60,179 bases of DNA from an uncultured delta proteobacterium (GCA_963728565.1 CAVSLC010000017.1:1-60179), one strand, 5' to 3'; counted from the stretch's first letter, positions 42,199 through 52,178 are shown. Numbers and translations: made by a program. Notes: generated by a model from the sequence alone, not told the origin.

Positions 42199-42365
42199 CG
42201 CAGGCTTCAGGCTAAATAAACGAAACCGCGGCGTGAAGTCCTAAATAGACCTTCCCACGTGCACCCTGGTGCAGATGGGGAAGTTGACGTGACCCGAGTT
42301 CCTGCTGGACGTCAACACCATCGGTAATCCATAAGGGGAATCGAGATAAAAACCCCCTGCCTGCG
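42199..42365. ncRNA. Unassigned structured intergenic element
   Basis: Ends pair (GCAGGC..AGG / CCTGCCTGC) and enclose hairpins TTCCCAC-TGCACC/GGTGCA-TGGGGAA and GTTGACGT/ACGTCAAC. Confidence 0.35.
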
Positions 42366-42378
42366 GGACGGTTTGAAT

Positions 42379-42975
42379 CTAAAAAGTTTGTATTAGTTCC
42401 TGCAGCCGCTCCTTCGCCGATTGCAAAATCGGTGAGCCGTCGCCGACCAGTAAAATATCGAAATCGAGTGCCAGCAGTGCACGCGCACTTTCGCGAAAGC
42501 GCCGCGGATCCTCCACTACCTTGTCGGGCAGAAGCTTGCATTTCCCCGGCGGATCGCCGACAACCGCATCGCCAACGAGCAGGATTTTTCGCTCTGGCCA
42601 GTGAAGCACGACTTCTCCCGGCGACTTCCCGGGCGCACCGACGACCACAAACGGGCCAACCTTGTCGCCGATCTTCAACTCGTCATCGAGTTCCGCGCCC
42701 TCGCCGCGCGCGTGCGGCGCATCGGCGGGATGAATCGCCGTGCGCGCGCCGGTGCGGGCACGAATCTTGTTGGCGGCCCGCGAGTGATTGCGGTTGGTGA
42801 TCAGGATGCGCGCGACACCCTGCCGCGCTATTTCCTCCAAATCTTCCTCGCTCGGCTCCACCGGATCGACGCATAGATTGCCTTCAGCGTGCCGGATAAA
42901 GTGCCCGTTGAAATTGTAGCCGTGCGGCTCCGAAAACCAGGGCCAACTGTAGATACCTGTCAGGATCTCGCGCAT
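42379..42975 (-). CDS. MBL-fold protein lacking canonical metal ligands
   Basis: LITNRNHSR (in place of HxHxDH), PGKSPGE, LVGDA, LVGDG. Confidence 0.8.
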   Translation of the reverse strand: MREILTGIYSWPWFSEPHGYNFNGHFIRHAEGNLCVDPVEPSEEDLEEIARQGVARILITNRNHSRAANKIRARTGARTAIHPADAPHARGEGAELDDELKIGDKVGPFVVVGAPGKSPGEVVLHWPERKILLVGDAVVGDPPGKCKLLPDKVVEDPRRFRESARALLALDFDILLVGDGSPILQSAKERLQELIQTF

Positions 42976-43626
42976 CGTTTCTCCTAGAGCTTGTTTCCCT
43001 CAGTGCCCGCTTCAACCGGGCTTCCTATTTCGATCTGCGACCGCGATTCGCCGCAAATAGTCCATCTCAATCAGATCGACCGTCGCGTGTCTAGCCCACG
43101 AGCTTACCTTCTCTTTTCTTTATGCGGCGCAGTTAAGCGCGTAGTTGGAACGTTGAAAGAGTTGTGGGGTTTTACAACAAAGGCGCACACCGAATCAGGT
43201 GGCTTGAACGAAAGACGCTCGCTCAATCCAATCTATCCCTGGACGAGCAAAAAGATCTAGTTGTGTTTATGGAAGCGTTAACCGGTCAACTTGCGCCAGA
43301 CGCAACGACTCCGCCGAAATTGCCGAAGTAAAAAAGCAGTTGGGTGAGAGGCGAACCAAAAAGCGGGCAGCTTCCGTGCGAGGCAGTTTCCGCTAGTTCC
43401 AAGTTATTGTTTTCTTAGATTATGGGTAGCTCAGTAAGGAGCACGCCAGAATCGTACTTCTTTCCCGGCTGCGATTACGTTCCGCTCCCTCCTAAGGACC
43501 CCAATAAAATCTGGAATAACCCGCGCTCCATTATGGTGCATTTTGGTAGGTGTGTTCGTCTGTTCTCGGACAGAAGGCGGACATGACTGCAAAGTTCAGT
43601 GAAGGAGAAATCAGTTCAATCTCAAA

Positions 43627-43680
43627 GGCGAACGCGAAGGCTGAGGAACGCGCAGCGCCTCCTCAAGCCGATGGTTAGCG
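43627..43680 (-). mobile_element. attC site of cassette 4
   Basis: Minus strand: CGCTAAC-catc-GGCTTGAGGA...TCCTCAGCC-ttcgc-GTTCGCC; the toxin stop codon lies within R''. Confidence 0.8.
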
Positions 43681-43977
43681 ACGGCTGGAGCGGTCGCGCC
43701 AATAGCCCGGACGACGGTGTTGGTGAGCGACGGCAACGAGGTAGACGTAATCTTTCCAAACACGATAAATAATGTCGTAGGGAAAACCAGAAACGATCCG
43801 CTTACGGAAATCACTACCGAGCGGGGCGCCCGCCTCTGGTCGGTCGGAAATTCGTTCCGCCATCTGCTCGACGGCCGACAAAAATCGGAGACCGAGTCCA
43901 TCGAGCCGAGCCTCATAAAACTCGACTGCTTCGCGCATCTACGCCCGAGCTTCCGGGTGGAAGATGATCTCCTTCAC
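43675..43977 (-). pseudogene. RelE/ParE-family toxin with an in-frame TAG at codon 13
   Basis: GTG 43977 overlaps the antitoxin stop: VKEIIFHPEARA*MREAVEFYE...FPYDIIYR...VAVAHQHRRPGYW. Confidence 0.8.
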
Positions 43978-44210
43978 GACCGCTTGTTCCGCAACTCAGC
44001 AAAGACTTCACCAGCGGGGATACCTTGCACAACTCCGTCGCGCAGTTCTTGAAACCGCCGCTCCGCTTCTTTTATCCAGAGTTTTTCGATCTCCTCGGGC
44101 GACTCCGTAAGCCCTTCCAGACTCGATAGTAGCCGCACCGCAAGCCGTGCACGATCCTCGGGCGGCAAACCCAATGCGTCCTTCTCAATCTCGGGTAAGG
44201 AATGCGCCAT
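43974..44210 (-). CDS. Addiction-module antitoxin (TIGR02574-like)
   Basis: ALGLPPEDRARLA..LL.SL...WIKEAERR....G...IP.EV. Confidence 0.88.
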   Translation of the reverse strand: MAHSLPEIEKDALGLPPEDRARLAVRLLSSLEGLTESPEEIEKLWIKEAERRFQELRDGVVQGIPAGEVFAELRNKRS

Positions 44211-44253
44211 ATGATTCTCCTAGTCGGTCACGATAGCACGGGATTGGAACTCT

Positions 44254-44310
44254 CGCTAACGTACGGGTGAGAGGCGCGTGCTCGCGTCCTTCTCAACCCA
44301 ATGGTTAGGC
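44254..44310 (-). mobile_element. attC site of cassette 3
   Basis: Minus strand: GCCTAAC-catt-GGGTTGAG...CTCACCC-gtac-GTTAGCG, with an extra base in L''. Confidence 0.88.
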
Positions 44311-44352
44311 CTGCTCTCTCGATGCAACCGGTGTAGCTGCCGCCGGATCGTC

Positions 44353-44755
44353 CTATGTTCCCGAAAGACTATCGATCAGTGTGTTCGTTCTGTGTTCGAT
44401 CCGCTTTCGTCTCCAGAACGGAATGAACAGGCGTCCTGTCGTGGCAATGGGTGACCACCCATCACTGTCGAGGGATTCCACGGTCCACTTGACGGGGTGA
44501 TCGCCTCGGAATGTAATCTCGAGTCGGCAGCGACGCGAGAGACCGAAGCCGAAGCATGCGATCGCCTCGTCTTCTGTTTCAAAATGCTCATGCCAGCCAT
44601 CGACGGACACGTTGAATTCGCTTCCATCGACCTAAAGTGTCACAGGAAATCCCTCCTGCGTGGAGCGGAAGGACTCTGAGTGAGCTCGCTGCCTCTTCAA
44701 GTCGAGCCTGTGGATAGCGCTCGAGCTTCGAACGCACTTTATCGAAGACGCTCAT
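44353..44755 (-). pseudogene. Cassette hypothetical gene, disrupted by a frameshift and an in-frame TAG near 44633
   Basis: ATG 44755 immediately after GTTAGGC: MSVFDKVRSKLERYP... joins ...DGWHEHFETEDEAIACFGFGLS...PFWRRK. Confidence 0.65.
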
Positions 44756-44762
44756 GTTTAGT

Positions 44763-44856
44763 GCCTAACCGCTTGCCTTCAGCCGGCGTCGAGGAGCGAC
44801 GCGGCTATGGACCGCAGGCGAACGTTGTGACGGTCGGCTGCAAGGCATTGTCGGAA
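44763..44856 (-). mobile_element. attC site of cassette 2 (R'' mutated)
   Basis: Minus strand: TTCCGAC-aa-TGCCTTGCAGCCG...CGGCTGAAGGCA-agcg-GTTAGGC. Confidence 0.8.
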
Positions 44857-44881
44857 AGCCTGCTCCATGGCCTACGAAAAA

Positions 44882-46241
44882 TCAATCGTGAAGCACCGGA
44901 GCCCGCGCTCCTATCCCGTACCAATCCACTCGCCGGGTGGCATACATGATCGAGGCGAGGATTAAGAAGAGGCCAACCGATCCAAAGAGGAGAGCGTAGT
45001 CCTCGTTCATAAGAAGGATATAGAGGTATGCATATAGGGTGGAGACGGCACCTACGACGACAAAAGCACGCTTAATATGATGCAGCACGACTACGGAGTA
45101 TCCGGCGACCATCGCGACGACCGCGATACTTGCAACCGTATATGCCAGTGGGAAACCAAGGTGCTCTGAAAGCGAGAGCTCCAACAGATAGAAGAGACAG
45201 AGCGCTCCGCCGAGCATGAGGTACTGAATCGGATGGACGCGTACACCGGCCAATACCTCAATGAGCCAGAGCGTGGCGAAGGTCAGAAGGATGAAGAGCC
45301 CTGCATACTTCACGCTCCGCTCCGCCATGCGGTAGTGATCTACCGGATTCACCAGCTCGACTCCGAAGCGCGAGCCGTCGATCTCTTTGCGCATCCCCAC
45401 TTCGGCCTTCCACGCCTGAGGATAGTTACGGCCGAGAAACGGAATGGCCCACTTCGCTTTGAATGCAGCCTCCGACACGGATCGCTCGACGGGGAGCCAG
45501 TTACCTTGGAAGCTTGGATGGCCATAGTTCGACTGGAGTTCGACGGTAGTGTTTTGAGCGAAGGGCGCGAGGTAGACGCCAAGGCTCCCATTGAGAGAGA
45601 GCGGGAACGAAAATTGCGCTCGCTGCGCTCCATCAGCGAGACCGACGACTGCGTGGATTCCCGTGCCGCCGTCTGTGAAGGCCCCGGTTCCGGGAAGGAA
45701 CGAGACCGGCTGGCCGTTCCATGTTACGGCGGTCTCTTGCTGAATGACACGCGCATCCGATATGCCGATCGCCAGCTGGGCGCGCTCCCAGGCAACCGCC
45801 GTAGGCTCAATCCCTATCTCTGAGAAGCTAGAACGTGTGAACTCACCTTCAAGCGTGAGATCCAGCTTGTAAACAGGTACCGAGTAGATGCCACGATAGC
45901 GAAGTTCGGAGTTGATTGACCCATGGACCCGGAGCTGCTGCGGTAGAAAGATTGCGTTCCGAGTTTCGGTGCGCGTGATCTGTTGGCCGGCCGCCGAAAT
46001 TTCGGTCCAGCGATACGCATATGGAACGACGAGCGCCGGGCCGATGATGAATTGGACGTTTCCCCACTTGGAGGAAACCTCGGTCACGGCGGCTTGACGT
46101 CTCTCTTGACGTTCCGAGACGAGGCCGCCGATCATCGCGATTGGAATTTGGAGCAGTAGCGCGAGAAGGCCCACAGAGAAAAGGCGCAGCATTTGGGAGC
46201 TGGCGAATTAAGGATATAAGCCTTTCGACCGAGTCGAGCAT
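44882..46241 (-). CDS. creD: Cell envelope integrity inner-membrane protein CreD (probable frameshift near the N-terminus; intact ORF from 46192)
   Basis: RYRGIYSVPVY, HPSFQG.WLP, FGVELVNPVDHYRMAERSVKY, HPIQY..G.AL..FYLL.LSLSEH, EDYALL.GS, MYATRRVDWY. Confidence 0.93.
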
Positions 46242-46262
46242 CAACTACGCCTCTCTCAAGCA

Positions 46263-46349
46263 ACCCAACATCATGAGGCTAAGCCGTGGCGAAAAAAGCG
46301 AGCCCCAAGGAGAGCGTTCTCGACATCAGTCTTAAGCCGCGAGTTAGAT
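46263..46349 (-). mobile_element. attC site of cassette 1
   Basis: Minus strand: ATCTAAC-tcgc-GGCTTAAG...CTTAGCC-tcatgat-GTTGGGT, 3 nt after the ORF stop. Confidence 0.8.
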
Positions 46350-46352
46350 ACC

Positions 46353-46742
46353 TTAGTTGATCCACTCATACCCTTCGACCCGAAGAACGCATTTACGGCC
46401 GTGCCGTTTCCGTTGAATGTTTTCGACCGCGTGTAAAACAGCGAATTGGAACGGTTCCTCTGTATCTGGAATCACGCGAAATGATACTCCGTTACTAGCG
46501 GCCCAGACAAACTCGGCAGTCGGAGTATCAAGCCGCCAGAAATAGTAAATCCACTTTTCGTTTTTGGCACGTCCGTCGGCCCCCTTACGCAATTCAAGCT
46601 CAATAGTACCAACAAACGGTTTGTCGACGTCGTTTGGACTGTAAATACCACGAACTGCCGCTTTGCGCGTCGCTAAGACCAGCGGGTATGCAGACATTGC
46701 TCTAACGCGTTGCCACTGATCCGCTAAACCCAACAGGTTCAT
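46353..46742 (-). CDS. Hypothetical cassette-encoded protein (129 aa; start uncertain)
   Basis: ORF fills the interval between GTTAGGC (46796-46790) and the attC. Confidence 0.6.
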   Translation of the reverse strand: MNLLGLADQWQRVRAMSAYPLVLATRKAAVRGIYSPNDVDKPFVGTIELELRKGADGRAKNEKWIYYFWRLDTPTAEFVWAASNGVSFRVIPDTEEPFQFAVLHAVENIQRKRHGRKCVLRVEGYEWIN

Positions 46743-46789
46743 TCATGACGAACCCTCGTCGTCGCTTCCTTCGCCCACATCACTTCTAT

Positions 46790-46845
46790 GCCTAACTATT
46801 GAGTATACTGCCGACTGTCCGGCGGTATATCACGTTTTCTCTTCG
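46790..46845 (-). mobile_element. Putative attI-like site heading the array
   Basis: GTTAGGC core with no matching RYYYAAC seen upstream; CAGTATA repeats nearby; no intI ORF adjacent. Confidence 0.5.
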
Positions 46846-47423
46846 ATTCCCCTAAGCACAAAACCGCCTGAAATATCCTCCGGTTGCTAGGATCTTGTCG
46901 AGGACATAATCCGGTAAACGCTGCCATTCTGGCAGTATATCCAGATATTGGCCCGCAGTATATCTAGGCGAGCTGCGATGCAGATCGTTGCAGGATTGAA
47001 CTGAACGACGCTTCAATTCAACTGGTTAATAAGGAGTGGCCCCTTGATGAGCAGTCTAATGGCTCTCCTCTAATGAGCGAACTCTAGGGTCTTGTAGCAC
47101 TACATCAGTCCCGTAAAACGACTGCGCTGTGTTAAATTCGCTGGTGCCATCTACCATCTGACCAATCGAGGTGAAATGGGGAGCGTACTTGATGAGTTGA
47201 CAAGCTTCGGTAGGTGAAAGCGATCAGTCAAGAAAGTGGGAGTAAGTGAGAGGCGAATTCGTGCGATTTTGTGACCGATGTATGATACTCGGAGGGGAGG
47301 TTCTGTATGCGAAGATATTTCTTGCCGGCGGCATCGCGCCACTGCTCTCGCTGCAGCGGTTGCTGGCGTTTGTCTACGTAGTCACTTACGTCGCTAATGA
47401 CGCCTCTATCGCCTACGCGGGAC

Positions 47424-49055
47424 TCAGTTCGGTCGTTCCAGAATCTTTTCCCTAGGCAATTCAAACCTAGCTATGGCCTCTCGGTTAGGACCGTTTCGCC
47501 GCAGCAGAACGAGCACGCTCTTGTCGAAGTAGACCGGTGCCCAGGCGGGATCGAGCAAGCGCCGGATCATAAACTGCTCGCCCCAGCTGGAGCGATCACG
47601 GTGATTGAAAAACAGCACGTTAAAGCCGTATGAGCTGCTTACGCTTTGCCACTTTTGTTCGTTCAGGTGAAGCGGTAAATAGACATCGGTGAAAAAGGCT
47701 GTGGGATATGCTTCCGGCCGATTATCGATGAAAACTCGTTGGCCCGGATAAAGAAAGTAGATTAGATATGCGCCCACGTCATAGTTGTTATAGATCGGTC
47801 CCTGCAGTTTTTCTTTGAGAAAAAACTCCGCCGCCGCATTATTCTCTGCTTCCAGTCCGACTCCTCTGGGCCCTCGGCCGCTGCTCAATAAATACGCCGG
47901 GTTGATCCAGATAAGTACGGCCGCGATCGCTACCAGGACACCCGAGATCTTGAGCACCGAAGGCGATGAGCTCGCTTTGCCGTCGCCCCCGGCAGAACTC
48001 TTCAAGTTCATCGCAGTCAACGGCACAGCAAAGTAACCGAAGAAAGCGAAGTTTCTGATCGCCCACCAGGCGAACAGTGAAAAAAACAAGCTCATTAGAA
48101 AATTCGCGACGGAAAGAGTCCGGGGCGCTTTGACTGCCGCATAGATCCAGCTAACGCAAAGCAAACCGAAAACGATGGCAAAGTAAGAAAAGGGAAGAAA
48201 CCGGATGCCCTCCTGCAAAACCGCGTGCACCGGGTAGTTCTCGATGACAGGAACTTGATAGCCCTTCAAGATGAGAAAGGGATAGAGCGCGCCGGTGACA
48301 CTCGATGGATTGAGGCAGGCCGCCAACAGGGTCAGGAATAAAGCCAGTGCCATAAATTTCACACGGACCCAATCGTCGCGATCCTTTTTACGCCAGAACT
48401 CAATCAAGCACTGAAGAAAAAACGCTCCCACCAGGAAAAAGCCGACGAAAAAATAGATATGCAGGTTGACCCAAAAGATTTGCAGTAGCGGCAAACAGAA
48501 CAGCCAGCGAAAACCGAGTTGTCCAGATTTGTAGCCCAGCAGAACATGGAGAAACAGACCGCTTAAAAAATAGCTGAACACCTCCGGTCTAACTTCGTGC
48601 CGGGTGATTAAAACCGGAAGAGCCAGCAACGTCAGCGGCGCGGCCAGCGAAAAAGAGCCGTACCTGACCGCGAGATCGAAAAACAGCCAGAGGGTAACCA
48701 GACTCAAGACGATAAATGCCACCGTCAATCCCGGGAAGCCGCTGACCTGTTCGATCAAGTAGAAGACAACACCGCTGCCCCAATGATGATTGACGAACGG
48801 ATGGTCAGGATAGGTATAGGAGTAAAGGTTATGCGTCGGGATCCGTAGATCCTGGACGAATAGCTGTCCGTTCTTTAGATGGCGCCCGAGGTCCCCTTTG
48901 GTCAGATCAGCCTGGTGAGCAAGAAAAGTTCCGTAAATTAACAGAATCAGTGCAGTGACGGAGAGCTGAAAAAAGAGCGGCTGCTTTTCCGGTTTTTGCT
49001 CTTTGGTGGTTTTAGCTGTGCCGGTCTGCTTTCGCGTGGATCGTTTTTTCGCCAT
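47424..49055 (-). CDS. Polytopic membrane protein, possibly GT-C-like
   Basis: DLGRHLKNG, VNHHWGS, RPEVFS, WVNLH, NPS, YDVGAYL, VFIDNRPEAY; many TM segments. Confidence 0.75.
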   Translation of the reverse strand: MAKKRSTRKQTGTAKTTKEQKPEKQPLFFQLSVTALILLIYGTFLAHQADLTKGDLGRHLKNGQLFVQDLRIPTHNLYSYTYPDHPFVNHHWGSGVVFYLIEQVSGFPGLTVAFIVLSLVTLWLFFDLAVRYGSFSLAAPLTLLALPVLITRHEVRPEVFSYFLSGLFLHVLLGYKSGQLGFRWLFCLPLLQIFWVNLHIYFFVGFFLVGAFFLQCLIEFWRKKDRDDWVRVKFMALALFLTLLAACLNPSSVTGALYPFLILKGYQVPVIENYPVHAVLQEGIRFLPFSYFAIVFGLLCVSWIYAAVKAPRTLSVANFLMSLFFSLFAWWAIRNFAFFGYFAVPLTAMNLKSSAGGDGKASSSPSVLKISGVLVAIAAVLIWINPAYLLSSGRGPRGVGLEAENNAAAEFFLKEKLQGPIYNNYDVGAYLIYFLYPGQRVFIDNRPEAYPTAFFTDVYLPLHLNEQKWQSVSSSYGFNVLFFNHRDRSSWGEQFMIRRLLDPAWAPVYFDKSVLVLLRRNGPNREAIARFELPREKILERPN

Positions 49056-49252
49056 GGTGACGGATTATTTCTGTTAACAGAGAACGGAAGGGCTTGGCGG
49101 GCTGTTCCAAACTAATTTAACGAGCCAGGCAAAGCAAACGGGTCACTCGTTATCCGGCCGCTCAACTAGGCACATTCTTAGATGGCGAGATTAGGGAACG
49201 AAGCGAAGGGTTGAACGTCAAAAGGTTGAACGAATACAGTGATTGACCCGTC

Positions 49253-50023
49253 TCACCCAACGGTTTCCCGGCGCGACCAGGGGAGGATGAGTTTCTCCGC
49301 CAAAATCACCAAGCCGTAAAGCGCCAGCGACATCACCACCAGATAGAGCAGCGCGGTGAAGGCCATCGGCGTGTTGAAATAGTTGTTGGCCGAGAGCACC
49401 AGATAGCCCAGCCCAGACCTTCCCGAGATGAACTCTCCGACGATCGCTCCGATGACGGCCAAAGAGATCGCGATCTTGCATCCGGCAAAAAGATAAGGAA
49501 GTGAATGGGGCAGGCGAATTTTCCAGAACAAGATCCAGCGACTTCTGGACATGGAACGAACCAGCTCGAGCAACTCCGGATCCATGTTGGTGAGCCCCAT
49601 GATGGTATTGAGCACGATCGGAAAGACTGCGGTGAGAAAGGCGTTGGCGATCTTCGATTCGATGCCGATGCCGATCCATACGACAAACAGAGGGGCGATG
49701 GCGACCTTCGGGAACGAGTTGAACATGATCAATCCCGGATAGAGCGTGTCACGCAGAAGCGGGAAGTGGACGATGCCGATGGCGCAAATGACGCCGAGCA
49801 CCAAAGCGAGAGCAAAGCCCATCACGCTTTCGTACAAAGTTACCAGAGTGTGCGACAGCATCACCGGATTCTTGTCGACGATGACATCGATGATCTGAGA
49901 AGGCGCGGGCAGAAGCCAGTCCGGCACCTGGAGCAGCTTGACGAGCAATTCCCAGAGGAGGATCGCGCCGGCATAGAAGATAGTTCCGCGCGCGACTCTT
50001 CCGGCTTGAATCGCCTCAAGCAT
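49253..50023 (-). CDS. Nitrate/sulfonate-type ABC permease (SsuC/TauC-like)
   Basis: LPAPS, PKVAIAPLF, IRLPHSLPYLF, AIVGEF, GLGY. Confidence 0.92.
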   Translation of the reverse strand: MLEAIQAGRVARGTIFYAGAILLWELLVKLLQVPDWLLPAPSQIIDVIVDKNPVMLSHTLVTLYESVMGFALALVLGVICAIGIVHFPLLRDTLYPGLIMFNSFPKVAIAPLFVVWIGIGIESKIANAFLTAVFPIVLNTIMGLTNMDPELLELVRSMSRSRWILFWKIRLPHSLPYLFAGCKIAISLAVIGAIVGEFISGRSGLGYLVLSANNYFNTPMAFTALLYLVVMSLALYGLVILAEKLILPWSRRETVG

Positions 50024-50786
50024 CGGCTTCCTCCCACAGGCAGCGCCGGATGCGGCTGCTAAAATGGATGAACCCAGCAGTGTCTTTGATGAAGATCTGA
50101 CGTGGTCGTGGGAGATCGACCGTAAACGAGCCCAGGACCGTTCCAGGTCGCGAAGACATCACCAGTACCCGGTCGGACAGCATCACTGCTTCGTCAACGT
50201 CGTGGGTCACGAACAAGACGGTGCTTTTCCACTCTTCCCACAATCGGAGTAGCTCAAAACCCATTCTCTGCCGGGTCAGTGTGTCGAGCGCCCCGAAAGG
50301 TTCGTCCATCAAAAGCAGCGAAGGTTCGGCGACGAGCGCGCGGCAGAGGGCAACCCTTTGCTGCATGCCGCCGGAAAGCTCAAACGGATATTTGGTGAGG
50401 AAATCCGCCAGACCGGCGGTATCGAGGAGCCGGCGCGCTTTCTTCTCATATTCTTTTCGATCGAGCCGGTAAATCTCCACCGGCAGCAACACGTTATCCA
50501 GCACCCGGCGCCATTCCAACAGCAGCGGCTTCTGGAACATGAGGCCGATATCGCTGCGAGGTCCATCCAACTCGCGATCTTCGATCGTGATTAGGCCGCT
50601 GGTCTTGGAAAGAAGGCCCGCAAGAATTTTCAGCAAGCTCGACTTGCCGCAGCCGCTTTGGCCGACTATGGAAACAAACTCGCCGCGGGCCACGGTGAAG
50701 GAGATGTCGCGAAGCGCTTCGACCTCACTCCCATCCCTGGACCGGTATAGCTTGGAAAGCTGTTCGACGCGGATTGATTCGGGCAT
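50016..50786 (-). CDS. Nitrate/sulfonate-type ABC ATPase (SsuB/TauB-like)
   Basis: GQSGCGKS, LSGGMQQR, MDEPFGALD, VTHD. Confidence 0.94.
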   Translation of the reverse strand: MPESIRVEQLSKLYRSRDGSEVEALRDISFTVARGEFVSIVGQSGCGKSSLLKILAGLLSKTSGLITIEDRELDGPRSDIGLMFQKPLLLEWRRVLDNVLLPVEIYRLDRKEYEKKARRLLDTAGLADFLTKYPFELSGGMQQRVALCRALVAEPSLLLMDEPFGALDTLTRQRMGFELLRLWEEWKSTVLFVTHDVDEAVMLSDRVLVMSSRPGTVLGSFTVDLPRPRQIFIKDTAGFIHFSSRIRRCLWEEADA

Positions 50787-50851
50787 GCTACGTGGGAGAA
50801 ATGCTTAGATGTTATTTTGCGAGTCTTTCCTCGTTGCATGAAGATTCAGCG

Positions 50852-52178
50852 CTAACTCCCATCCTCCTTCGTAGCGCGCCGTTCACGCCATTCACGGGTG
50901 GGGTCATCGTCAGGGTCGGGGGTTTCTTGCGCCGGGCGCACTTCTTCCGGCACATTTCGCAGGTTCACTCGGATGCGCGTCCAGGTGGACGAGCGGCCGC
51001 GCATGGAGTCGATCAGCACGTCATCCAACGCGAGAAGCGCAGCCACTTCGGGATGTTTCCTATTCCATCTTTCCAGACCGGCGAGGGCTGCTTCTCTGCT
51101 TGGAGAATTCGCGACCACCAGAAGCGGCGCCCTGGTCCTTGGCTTCTTGACGATCGTTTTTTTCGTCGCCGAGCGCGCGCGCGAAGGCTGCACACGCGGC
51201 GCTTCGCCCTCCATCTTACGAAAGTGTGGCGGCCACGGTGCATCGCCAAGCCCTGCCGCCTCGTCTTCTGCCGCGAGCTCGAGCAGCTTCTCAAGCGAGC
51301 CCGCCGCGGCATCGATCTGCGCGTGTGGATCACCGAGCTCGGCCAAGCGCTTGGGAACGGTGAGCACCGTGAACTCGGCGGGATTGCAATCGGGAACTTC
51401 GTTCCAGCTAAGTGGTGTGGATACCCGAGCATCGGGAAGCGGACGCACCGAATACGCAGAGCAAGTGGTACGGTCTTTGGCGTTCTGGTTATAATCGAGG
51501 AAAACGCCGTGCCGCTCCTCCTTCCACCACTTCGAGCTGGCCAGAGTCGGTAGGCGCCGCTCGACGGCGCGCGACAATGCCAGCGCGGCGCGGCGCACCT
51601 CGAGGAACCTCCAGCGCGGTTCGATCCGAACATTGACGTGCATTCCCCGTGAGCCGCTGGTCTTGGGCCATCCACGAAGCCCCATCTCCTCGAGAAAAGA
51701 TTTCACCTCGAGCGCAACACGGCGCACGTCCTCCCAATCAACGCCGGGAATTGGATCGAGATCAACGCGCAACTCGTCCGGATGCTCAAGATTGCCGGAA
51801 CGCACCGGGTGGGGATGTAGTTCGATGCAACCCAGGTTCACAATCCACGCAAGTCCCGCCGCGTCATCGACTACGACTTCTTCCGCTTTGCGTCCCGACG
51901 GAAACGACAACGTCACCGTTCGCAACCACGGGGGCCGATTGGCGGGGGCGCGTTTCTGATAGAACGCCTCGCCTTCCGCGCCATCGACGAAACGCTTGAG
52001 AACCAGGGGGCGATCGCGGATCCCGGCCAGAGCCCCCGGACGCAACCGACAGATAGTAGCGAACGAGATCGAGTTTCGAGAGTTTGGTCTGCTTGGAAAA
52101 ATAGGGTTTGTCGGGGTTGGTCACTCGGACCTCCCGTCCCTCGATTGACAGAATTTCGACTGAGTGGTTCTTTGTCAC
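50852..52178 (-). CDS. Stand-alone LigD-type polymerase/primase-polymerase (AEP) domain protein with C-terminal extension; frameshift near 52040
   Basis: VTNPDK..F, KLDLVRYY, FYQKRAP, PDELRVDLDP, KTSGSRGMH, LDYNQNAKDRT..SAYSVR. Confidence 0.9.

Noticed and set aside
43939-43941. TAG readthrough (pyrrolysine or recoding) in cassette genes
   Set aside because: TAG is a normal stop elsewhere (9500, 21532, 59826) and no pyl genes are seen; nonsense mutation or error is simpler.
46970-47420. Integron integrase beside the putative attI
   Set aside because: No ORF with tyrosine-recombinase motifs could be read on either strand.
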